DNA from: Deltaproteobacteria bacterium
Lineage (GTDB): Bacteria; Myxococcota_A; UBA9160; SZUA-336
Assembly (NCBI GenBank): GCA_031396695.1
Contig: JANNLG010000056.1
Span: 3,853-67,852 of the forward strand
DNA length: 64,000 bases
Direction of reading: 5' to 3'
Under the pieces are notes generated by a model that worked only from the letters and a program-made list of their open reading frames with translations, was not told the origin of the DNA and ran no database searches. A program made the position numbers and the translations under genes. Positions 30,027-37,748 of this stretch are shown here, piece by piece (within the stretch, counting starts at the first letter, position 1; each line of letters opens with the position of its first letter).

Positions 30027-31646
30027 ATGCCCACCGCTCCGAACTGGAACTTCGGCGACATCCTCGACGCGCTCGACGCGTCGTACCCCGCGACCGCACC
30101 GGCGCTGATCCACGACGGCGCGACCACGAGCTGGAGCGATTTCGCGCGCCGCTCGAACAACCTGGCCGCGGCTCTGCGAGCGCGCGGCGCGCAACCGGAC
30201 GACAAGGTCGCCTTCTACCTGCGCAACCGGCCCGAGTACAGCGAGGCGCTCGCCGCCTGCTTCAAGGCTCGGCTCGTGCACGTGAACGTGAACTACCGCT
30301 ACCTCGACGACGAGCTCTGGTACATCTTCGACAACTCCGACGCGAAGGTGGTCGTGTTCGACGGCGAGTTCGCCGACCGCGTCGCGAAGCTGCACCCCCG
30401 CCTGCCGAACGTCGTGGCGTGGGTGCAGGTCGGCGGTGAGCGGCTCGACTTCGCGATTCCGTACGAGTCACTCGCGAACCAAGGCAGCGGCCAGCCGCTC
30501 GGCATCGCGCGCGACGGCAAGGACCTGCTCTTCCTGTACACGGGCGGGACCACCGGCATGCCGAAGGGCGTGATGTGGGCCGCGAACGATCTGTGGCACG
30601 CGCTCGGCGCCGGCGCGAACGCGCCCGCGAACGGCGGCAAGCCACCCGCGACGCTCGAGGAGCACGTCGCGAACGTGGTCAAGGCGGGACCGCTCGCCAA
30701 GCAGATCCCGTGCTGTCCGCTGATGCACGGCACGGGCCTGTTCACGGCGATCGGCACGTTCACCGCGGGCGGCTGCGTGGTGACGACGCCGGGCCACAAG
30801 TTCGAGCCGGCCGAGCTCTACGACACCGTGCAGCGTCACCAGGTCAACTCACTCGTGATCGTCGGCGACGCGTTCGCGAAGCCGATGCTGAACGCGCTCG
30901 ACGAGAACCCGGGCCGCTGGGACATCTCGTCGGTCAAGGTGATCGTCTCGTCGGGCGTGATGTGGAGCACCGAGGTGAAGAAGGGCCTCTTGCGTCACAA
31001 CCCCGGCATGATCCTGACCGACTCGTTCGGCTCGTCGGAGGCGGTCGGCTTCGGCTCCTCGATCATGACCGCGGCCGGCGAAGTGAAGACCGCCAAGTTC
31101 ATGATCGGCGATCGCTGCAAGGTGTTCACCGAGGACCACCAGGAAGTCGTCCCCGGCAGCGGTGAGAAGGGCTTCATCGCGCGCAGCGGCCCGATCCCGG
31201 TCGGCTACTTCAAGGACGCGGAGAAGAGCGCGAAGACGTTTCCCACCATCGCCGGCGTGCGCTACTCGATCCCGGGCGACTGGTGCATCGTCGAGGCGGA
31301 CGGAACGCTCACGCTGCTCGGCCGCGGGAGTGCGTGCATCAACTCCGCGGGTGAGAAAATCTACCCGGAAGAAGTCGAGGAAGCGTTGAAGACGCATCCA
31401 GACGTCGAGGATGCGCTGGTCGTTGGCGTGCCGGACGATCGCTGGGGGAATGCGGTGGCGGCGGTGGTGCAGCTGCGGACGGGGGCGACGCTCGACGAGG
31501 AGAAACTCCGCGCGCACACGCGCGAGAAGCTTGCGGCGTACAAGCTGCCCAAGCGCGTGTTCGCGGTGCCCGCGATGTTCCGCGCGCCGAACGGGAAGGC
31601 GGACTACAAGAGCGCGCAGGACTTCGCGGCGAAGCGCTACTCGTGA
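30027..31646 (+). CDS. AMP-dependent acyl-CoA synthetase/ligase (FadD-like)
   Basis: AMP-binding motif LLFLYTGGTTGMPKGV and a C-terminal ANL domain. ATG at 30027; an alternative ATG at 30000 sits face to face with the dipeptidase start. Confidence 0.8.
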   Translation: MPTAPNWNFGDILDALDASYPATAPALIHDGATTSWSDFARRSNNLAAALRARGAQPDDKVAFYLRNRPEYSEALAACFKARLVHVNVNYRYLDDELWYIFDNSDAKVVVFDGEFADRVAKLHPRLPNVVAWVQVGGERLDFAIPYESLANQGSGQPLGIARDGKDLLFLYTGGTTGMPKGVMWAANDLWHALGAGANAPANGGKPPATLEEHVANVVKAGPLAKQIPCCPLMHGTGLFTAIGTFTAGGCVVTTPGHKFEPAELYDTVQRHQVNSLVIVGDAFAKPMLNALDENPGRWDISSVKVIVSSGVMWSTEVKKGLLRHNPGMILTDSFGSSEAVGFGSSIMTAAGEVKTAKFMIGDRCKVFTEDHQEVVPGSGEKGFIARSGPIPVGYFKDAEKSAKTFPTIAGVRYSIPGDWCIVEADGTLTLLGRGSACINSAGEKIYPEEVEEALKTHPDVEDALVVGVPDDRWGNAVAAVVQLRTGATLDEEKLRAHTREKLAAYKLPKRVFAVPAMFRAPNGKADYKSAQDFAAKRYS

Positions 31647-32137
31647 ACCGACTCGCGCTCACCTCACTGCTCGCGAGCACGCTGCTCGCGTCGTACGCCC
31701 GAGCCGGCGACGTGCCTTCCGCGATCGCGCGCGAAATCTCGCAGAAGTTCATCAACGCCTGCGAAGCGGGGAAGGTGAGCGAGGCGCTGTCGATGTACGT
31801 CGACGACGCGGTGATCGTCTTCCCGTCCGAGGGCGCGCGCGCCGAGGGAAAACCGGCGATCGCGAAAGCGCTGGCGGAGCTCTGTCAGGAAGGGATGGGC
31901 AAATCGAAGTGGCTCGGCGGCAACGGCGCCTGGTTCGGCACCGGCGAGAATGCGATCGTGGCCACGGGAGCCTGGGAGACGAGCGGCGAGGGCCCCGACG
32001 GCAAGACCGTCCGCGTCACCGTGCGCACCACTGAGCTGCTCGTGAAGACGCCCGACGGTTGGAAATACCGGATCGACCACGCCTCCGTCGGCGTGCCGTT
32101 GCCCGCTGCGGTGCTCGAAACGCCGTCCGCGCCCTGA
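31643..32137 (+). CDS. Secreted NTF2-like (SnoaL/DUF4440-like) small protein
   Basis: Signal peptide LALTSLLASTLLASYARA. The fold assignment is from length and pattern only. GTG start overlaps the ligase stop (GTGA). Confidence 0.55.
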   Translation: MNRLALTSLLASTLLASYARAGDVPSAIAREISQKFINACEAGKVSEALSMYVDDAVIVFPSEGARAEGKPAIAKALAELCQEGMGKSKWLGGNGAWFGTGENAIVATGAWETSGEGPDGKTVRVTVRTTELLVKTPDGWKYRIDHASVGVPLPAAVLETPSAP

Positions 32138-32191
32138 GCCCGACAGGAGCGCGTTGAACCGACGGCACGCTCCGGGTATAAAGCTGCGATC

Positions 32192-32833
32192 GTGAGATCG
32201 CTCGCGTCCTCGGTCTCGTGCGTCGCCTTGCTGCTCGCTCCGAGCATCGGTCGCGGGCAGCCGATGGAGATCGTGGCCTCCGGATCGGTCTGGCTCGCGC
32301 CCGGCGGGCTGGACCTGCCGTTCGGAGACATCTCCTTCGGTGACTCGTTCTCGCTTCGGATCGTCTTCGATTCCGACTCACCTGATCTGTGCGCGCTGGA
32401 CCCGAGCAGCTGCGGGCCCAGCGGGGCGTCCAGGTATCGAGGCACCTCGATGACCGCCCGGGTCGGCAACGAGGAGTTCGCGTGGGGCCTGGTCACGATT
32501 CGAATTTGCGACGTCTGCGAGCCAGGCTTCGCCTCCGACTCTTTCACCATATCGGCGGTCCCGGAGTCCGAGGTCGGGAGCGGGGAGATCGGGGGCGGCG
32601 TCGAGCTGTTCGACTCCGCGAGTTCGAACCCGCTCGACACGCAGTTTCTGCCGAAGTCGCTCGAACTGGCCGACTGGAGCCACCGAGAGCTCGCGCTCGC
32701 GCGAGGGAGCTTCGGCGAGCGAGTGCAAGCCTCGATCACGTCGCTCGTGCTCCGGCCGGTGCCGGAGCCGAGCGTCGCCGGGCTGATCGTGTTCGCGCTC
32801 GCGGGACTCGCCGCCGCTAGAGCCGCTCGATGA
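32192..32833 (+). CDS. PEP-CTERM sorting-domain secreted protein
   Basis: N-terminal signal peptide. C-terminus VPEPSVAGLIVFALAGLAAARAAR has a PEP motif, a TM helix and an Arg-rich tail (exosortase substrate signature). Confidence 0.65.
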   Translation: MRSLASSVSCVALLLAPSIGRGQPMEIVASGSVWLAPGGLDLPFGDISFGDSFSLRIVFDSDSPDLCALDPSSCGPSGASRYRGTSMTARVGNEEFAWGLVTIRICDVCEPGFASDSFTISAVPESEVGSGEIGGGVELFDSASSNPLDTQFLPKSLELADWSHRELALARGSFGERVQASITSLVLRPVPEPSVAGLIVFALAGLAAARAAR

Positions 32834-33980
32834 TCGTCCCCGTGCCGAGCCCGCCGCCGCAGCACATGCTGATCAGGCCGTAGCGTCCGCCGGTTCGCTC
32901 GAGCTCGTGCAGCGCCGTCGTGATCAGGCGCGCGCCCGTGCAGCCGGTCGGGTGTCCGAGCGCGATCGCGCCGCCGTTCGGATTGACGCGGTCTTCGATC
33001 GGCTTCAATTCCTTCATCCACGCCAGCACGACCGACGCGAACGCTTCGTTCACTTCGTAGGTCGACATGTCTTCGATCTTGAGCCCGGCGCGCGAGAGAA
33101 CTTTCTTGGTCGCGGGGATCGGGCCCTTGAGCATGGTCACGGGGTCGCAGCCGACCAGCACCGAGTCGACGATGCGCGCACGCGGCTTGATGCCGAGCCG
33201 CTTCACACCATCGGCCGAGGCGAGGATCACGGCGGCCGCGCCGTCGCTCACCTGTGAAGACGTGCCCGCGGTGTGCAGGTTCTGGCCGGGCACGGGCGCG
33301 AGCGAGGCGAGCTTCTCGAGCGTCGACTTGCGCAGACCTTCGTCGCGCACGACGGGGATCACGTCGCCGGTCGGCTTGCCCTCGGGATCGATGCCGGGCG
33401 CCGCGATCGGAATCACTTCGCGGTCGTAGCGCTTCTCTTCCCACGCGCGCGCGGCCAGCTCCTGGCTGCGCAGGCCGAAGCGGTCCGTGTCCTGACGCGT
33501 GATGCCGTACTCGTTGCCGATCATCTCCGCGCCGCCGAACTGCGACGAGAGCGCGTAGTGCTCGAGGTAGCTCTTCGGAATCGGCGAGCCGCCCTTCATG
33601 GCGGCGCCGAGCGGCACGCGGCTCATCATCTCGAGGCCGCAGGCGAGCACGATGTCCTCGAGACCGGAGCCGACGAGTCCGGTTGCAAGAGTGGTCGCCT
33701 GTTGGCTCGAGCCACACTGCGCGTCGAGCGTGGTCGCCGCGACGTCCATCGGCAGGCCCTTCGAGAGCCAGGCGAGGCGCGCGATGTTGAAGGTCTGCTC
33801 GCCGACCTGCGAAACGCAGCCGCCGAGCACCTGGCCGATCGCCTCGGGCGCGACGCCGCTGCGGTCGAGCGCCGCCTTCTGCACGGTCCCGAGCAGGTCG
33901 GCGGGGTGCATGCCCGCGAGCCCTCCGCCGCGCTTGCCGATCGGACTTCGCACCGCCTCGATGATGTAGACTTCGCGCAC
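32817..33980 (-). CDS. Acetyl-CoA C-acetyltransferase (thiolase II)
   Basis: Thiolase motifs: catalytic Cys (..LDAQCGSSQQA..), NPNGGAIALGHPTGCTGARL, CGGGLGTGTIIE. GTG start is preceded by AAGGGGA. Confidence 0.9.
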   Translation of the reverse strand: MREVYIIEAVRSPIGKRGGGLAGMHPADLLGTVQKAALDRSGVAPEAIGQVLGGCVSQVGEQTFNIARLAWLSKGLPMDVAATTLDAQCGSSQQATTLATGLVGSGLEDIVLACGLEMMSRVPLGAAMKGGSPIPKSYLEHYALSSQFGGAEMIGNEYGITRQDTDRFGLRSQELAARAWEEKRYDREVIPIAAPGIDPEGKPTGDVIPVVRDEGLRKSTLEKLASLAPVPGQNLHTAGTSSQVSDGAAAVILASADGVKRLGIKPRARIVDSVLVGCDPVTMLKGPIPATKKVLSRAGLKIEDMSTYEVNEAFASVVLAWMKELKPIEDRVNPNGGAIALGHPTGCTGARLITTALHELERTGGRYGLISMCCGGGLGTGTIIERL

Positions 33981-34128
33981 CTTTGGATCCCCTTTCTAAA
34001 GCTCGGGCGGGACTCTACACGCCGCCCCCCGGCATCCTCAAGCCAACCCGAAGCGGGCCGTTGTGGGTGGACCACTCGCGGGTATCATTGCGTCCCCACC
34101 GAAGACGCGGAGTAGCAGTCAAGCGCTG

Positions 34129-36036
34129 ATGGCAGACCAGGACCAGACCTCGGAAGGGCATTCGGACGAATCAAAAGCCGGCCACCGGCGCCCCGTGAAA
34201 CGCCTCGCATCCGTCGTGATCCGCTTCGCCGGCGACTCGGGCGACGGCATGCAGCTCACGGGCACGGAGTTCACGCGCACGGCCGCGCTGTACGGAAACG
34301 ACATCGCGACGTTCCCGGATTTCCCCGCGGAGATCCGCGCGCCCGCGGGCTCGCTCGCCGGCGTGTCGGGCTTCCAACTGCAGTTCTCATCGAACGAGAT
34401 CTTCACCGCGGGCGACGCGCCCGAGGTGCTGGTGGCGATGAACCCGGCCGCGTTGCAGACGAACCTGCCCGACCTCGAACGCGGTGGCATGCTGATCGTC
34501 AACATCGGCGCGTTCAAGGCCAAGAACCTGGAGCTCGCCGGCTACACGTCGAATCCGCTCGAGGACGGCAGCCTGGCGTCGTACCGCGTCGTGCCGATCG
34601 ACTTCGGCAAGCACGTGACCGCGGCGCTGCAGGGCCTGGGCCTGTCGACGAAGGACATCTCGCGCACGCAGAACTTCTTCGCGCTCGGTCTCTTGTTCTG
34701 GCTCTACGACCGCGAGCCGGGTCGCGAGATCGATTCGATCCGCAAGAAGTTCGCCAAGAACCCAGAGCTGGGCGACGCGAACGTGAAAGTGTTCGAGGCC
34801 GGTTACAACCTGGGCGAGACGCTCGAGCTGTTCGAGTCCACGTACAGCGTTCCGCCCGCGCAGCTCGGCAAGGGCCGCTACCGGAACATCACCGGTAACG
34901 AGGCCACGGCGCTGGGGTTGGTCGCCGCGGGCAAGCTCGCGAACTTGCCGCTCTTGTACGCGAGCTACCCGATCACGCCCGCGTCCGACGTACTGCACAA
35001 CCTGGCCGGCTACGCGCGCTACGGCGTGTCAACGTTCCAGGCGGAAGACGAGATCGCCGCGGTCGCGGCCGCGATCGGTGCGTCGTTCGGCGGCTCGATC
35101 GGCGTGACGGGAACTTCGGGTCCCGGCTTCGCGCTGAAGCAGGAAGCGATCGGGCTGGCGGTGGCGGTCGAGCTGCCGCTCGTGATCGTGAACGTGCAGC
35201 GCGCCGGCCCCTCGACGGGCATGCCGACCAAGACCGAGCAGGCGGATCTGCTGCAGGCGATCGTCGGGCGAAACGGCGAGAGCCCGATCGCCGTGATCGC
35301 ACCCGCAACACCCGCGGAGTGCTTCGATTTCGCGATCGAGGCCGTGCGGCTCGCCGTCGAGCACATGTGCCCGGTCGCCTACCTCTCGGACGGCTCGCTC
35401 GCCAACGGAGCCGAGCCCTGGCGCCTGCCCGAGATCGAGGATCTCGTACCGATCCAGCCGGGCCTGCGCACCGAGGCCGAGGGCTTCGCGCCGTTCCTGC
35501 GCGACGAGCGCCTGGTCCGGCCCTGGGCGGTGCCCGGCACGCCCGGTCTCGAGCACCGGATCGGCGGCATCGAGAAGGAAGACGTCACCGGCAACATCTC
35601 CTACGACCCCGACAACCACGAGCACATGACACGCACGCGCCAGGCCAAGATCGACAAGATCGCCGACCGCCTGCCGCCAGCGCGGATCGACGGTCCGGAG
35701 ACCGGCGACGTGCTGATCGTCGGTTGGGGCGGAACTTACGGCTCGCTGCGCCAGGCGGCGCTGCAGCTCCAGGGCGAAGGCCACGCCGTCGGCCATCTGC
35801 ACCTGCGCTACCTGAGCCCGCTGCAGACCAACGTCGGACCGCTGCTCGCGCGCTACCGGCGCGTGGTGGTCGCGGAGCTGAACCGCGGCCAGCTCCGCTC
35901 GATCCTGCGCGACAGGTTCCTGATCGACGCGCGCGGGTTGAACAAGATCCAGGGCAAGCCCTTCAAGGTTCGCGAGGTCGTCGAGGCGGTGCGCCAGCTC
36001 CTCCCCGCCGGCAGCGCGCGGGAGTTGCACGCATGA
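34129..36036 (+). CDS. korA: 2-oxoacid:ferredoxin oxidoreductase alpha subunit (KorA-type)
   Basis: ..GDSGDGMQLTGTEF.. pyruvate-flavodoxin/ferredoxin oxidoreductase domains (alpha/gamma fusion, 635 aa). Confidence 0.85.
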   Translation: MADQDQTSEGHSDESKAGHRRPVKRLASVVIRFAGDSGDGMQLTGTEFTRTAALYGNDIATFPDFPAEIRAPAGSLAGVSGFQLQFSSNEIFTAGDAPEVLVAMNPAALQTNLPDLERGGMLIVNIGAFKAKNLELAGYTSNPLEDGSLASYRVVPIDFGKHVTAALQGLGLSTKDISRTQNFFALGLLFWLYDREPGREIDSIRKKFAKNPELGDANVKVFEAGYNLGETLELFESTYSVPPAQLGKGRYRNITGNEATALGLVAAGKLANLPLLYASYPITPASDVLHNLAGYARYGVSTFQAEDEIAAVAAAIGASFGGSIGVTGTSGPGFALKQEAIGLAVAVELPLVIVNVQRAGPSTGMPTKTEQADLLQAIVGRNGESPIAVIAPATPAECFDFAIEAVRLAVEHMCPVAYLSDGSLANGAEPWRLPEIEDLVPIQPGLRTEAEGFAPFLRDERLVRPWAVPGTPGLEHRIGGIEKEDVTGNISYDPDNHEHMTRTRQAKIDKIADRLPPARIDGPETGDVLIVGWGGTYGSLRQAALQLQGEGHAVGHLHLRYLSPLQTNVGPLLARYRRVVVAELNRGQLRSILRDRFLIDARGLNKIQGKPFKVREVVEAVRQLLPAGSARELHA

Positions 36037-37076
36037 GCGCCGCACAGAATGGCCACGGCCACGAGCACGAACCGCGCAAGCTCTCCAAGCGCGACTTCGA
36101 GACCGACCAGGCCGTGCGCTGGTGCCCGGGCTGCGGCGACTACGCGATCCTGGCGCAGATGCAGAAGGTGATGCCCGAGCTCGGCATCCCCAAAGAGAAG
36201 ATCGTCTTCATCTCCGGGATCGGCTGCAGCTCGCGCTTCCCGTACTACATGGATACGTACGGCTTCCACACCATCCACGGCCGCGCACCCGCGATCGCGA
36301 CCGGCTTGAAGCTGACGCGGCCGGAGCTCTCGATCTGGGTCGTCACCGGCGATGGCGACGCGCTCTCGATCGGCGGCAACCACTTGATCCACACGCTGCG
36401 CCGCAACATCGACCTGAAGATCCTGCTGTTCAACAACAAGGTGTACGGCCTCACCAAAGGCCAGTACTCGCCGACCTCCGACATTGGCATGCGCACCAAG
36501 TCCTCGCCGGCCGGCGCGGTCGCGCGGCCGTTCCGCACGCTCTCGCTGGCGCTCGGCGCCGAGGCCACCTTCGTGGCGCGCGCGGTCGACACGGAGGTGC
36601 AGCACCTGCAGGAAATGATCTCGCGCATGGCCGCGCACAAGGGCAGCGCCTTGCTCGAGATCTACCAGAACTGCCCCGTCTTCAACGACGGCGTGTTCGA
36701 CGAGCTGAAGGACCGCAAGACCAAGTCCGAGCACCTGCTCGAGCTCGAGCACGGCAAGCCGCTCGTGTTCGGCAAGAACTCCGAGTCGTGCGTGAAGCTC
36801 GACACCAAGCGCATGCGGCTGTACGTCGGCAAGGTTGGCGACGCGGACGGAGGCGTCGAAGTCGTGCACGACGAGGCGAATCCGGATCCGGGTCTGGCGA
36901 TGCTGCTCGCGCGCTGCACGCCGCCCGAGTTCCCGACACCGATCGGTGTGCTGCGCTCGGTCTCGGAGCCGACCTTCGAAGACCAGTCGCGGGCTCAGCA
37001 GACCGCGGAGCTCGCCGCGCGCGGCGAGGGCTCGCTCAAGGAACTGCTCTACTCCGGCGACCGCTGGGACGTCTAG
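36033..37076 (+). CDS. korB: 2-oxoacid:ferredoxin oxidoreductase beta subunit (KorB-type, TPP-binding)
   Basis: WCPGCGDYAIL.., GIGCSSRFP.., TGDGDALSIGGNHLIH (TPP motif). ATG overlaps the korA stop (ATGA). Confidence 0.85.
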   Translation: MSAAQNGHGHEHEPRKLSKRDFETDQAVRWCPGCGDYAILAQMQKVMPELGIPKEKIVFISGIGCSSRFPYYMDTYGFHTIHGRAPAIATGLKLTRPELSIWVVTGDGDALSIGGNHLIHTLRRNIDLKILLFNNKVYGLTKGQYSPTSDIGMRTKSSPAGAVARPFRTLSLALGAEATFVARAVDTEVQHLQEMISRMAAHKGSALLEIYQNCPVFNDGVFDELKDRKTKSEHLLELEHGKPLVFGKNSESCVKLDTKRMRLYVGKVGDADGGVEVVHDEANPDPGLAMLLARCTPPEFPTPIGVLRSVSEPTFEDQSRAQQTAELAARGEGSLKELLYSGDRWDV

Positions 37077-37096
37077 GAAACAGGAGACGGAATCCG

Positions 37097-37204
37097 ATGC
37101 AACCGAACGCCTTCCACCTGATGTACATGTTCGCCGCCACCTGCGGCGTGCTCTTCATCCCCGTGATCGTCGGCCTGGCCGCGGTCCTGCTCGAACGCGA
37201 ATAG
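37097..37204 (+). CDS. Micro-ORF encoding a 35-aa hydrophobic single-TM peptide (MQPNAFHLMYMFAATCGVLFIPVIVGLAAVLLERE)
   Basis: AGGAG sits 9 nt upstream of the ATG. 28 of 33 sense codons end in G or C, matching the genomic third-position bias. It lies 20 nt after the korB stop, in the same frame as the 36122..37204 track ORF. Confidence 0.4.
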   Translation: MQPNAFHLMYMFAATCGVLFIPVIVGLAAVLLERE

Positions 37205-37212
37205 GTCCGCCG

Positions 37213-37431
37213 CTAGCGGAGCTTCGCGAGCACCTCCTCGTGGGTCGGGAAGCGTCCGCTCGCCTTCTTCGAGAAGATTTGCAGGCCGTCGGCCAGCACC
37301 TCGAAGACGCCGCTATCGCCTTTGATCAGGACTGGGCGGATGCCGATCCGCGCTTCGATCTCGGCCGCCAGACTGGTGGCCCTGGGCAGGTAGTTTCAAC
37401 GGACGCAGTACTCGATCGAGATCTTCTCCAT
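37213..37431 (-). CDS. SelW/Rdx-family selenoprotein (72 aa) with an in-frame TGA (Sec) at codon 12 in a CxxU motif
   Basis: Hand translation: MEKISIEYCVR-U-NYLPRATSLAAEIEARIGIRPVLIKGDSGVFEVLADGLQIFSKKASGRFPTHEEVLAKLR*. The TGA at 37396-37398 (complement) sits exactly at the Rdx CxxU redox position. The downstream sequence keeps the family pattern (GGVFEV..DG..I.SK..GRFP). The track ORF 37396..37587 stops at this TGA. Confidence 0.8.
37363..37382 (-). promoter_or_regulatory. SECIS-like hairpin 13 nt downstream of the UGA of the SelW-like gene
   Basis: GGGCCACCAGUCUGGCGGCC: GGCC/GGCC and CC/GG stems with a G/U-containing apical loop. Spacing is as expected for a bacterial SECIS. Confidence 0.45.
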
Positions 37432-37748
37432 GCAGCGGAGGCTCGCTTGCCCGAGGCCCGGAGACAAGACCCGAGGCGGTCGGGGCCGGCAACTCGGGGC
37501 GACCGGCAGCGGGCACGCAAATGCCCGAGGAACGTCACGCGTCTGGTGCGGATTCCTCGCCGAGTCCGCGCCACACTGCGTCACCAAAGCCGCAATCCGG
37601 TCACATTCGATGAGAGCGCGGCGCCGGTGCGGGGGATTGTGGGTATCGGCCTACGCGAAGTAGACTCCCGGTTCTGGCGTGTGAAACCGCGCAAGCGCCA
37701 CCGGGCCACGCCGCGCGGCCAAAGACCTCCCTCCCCGAAGAGCACAGA

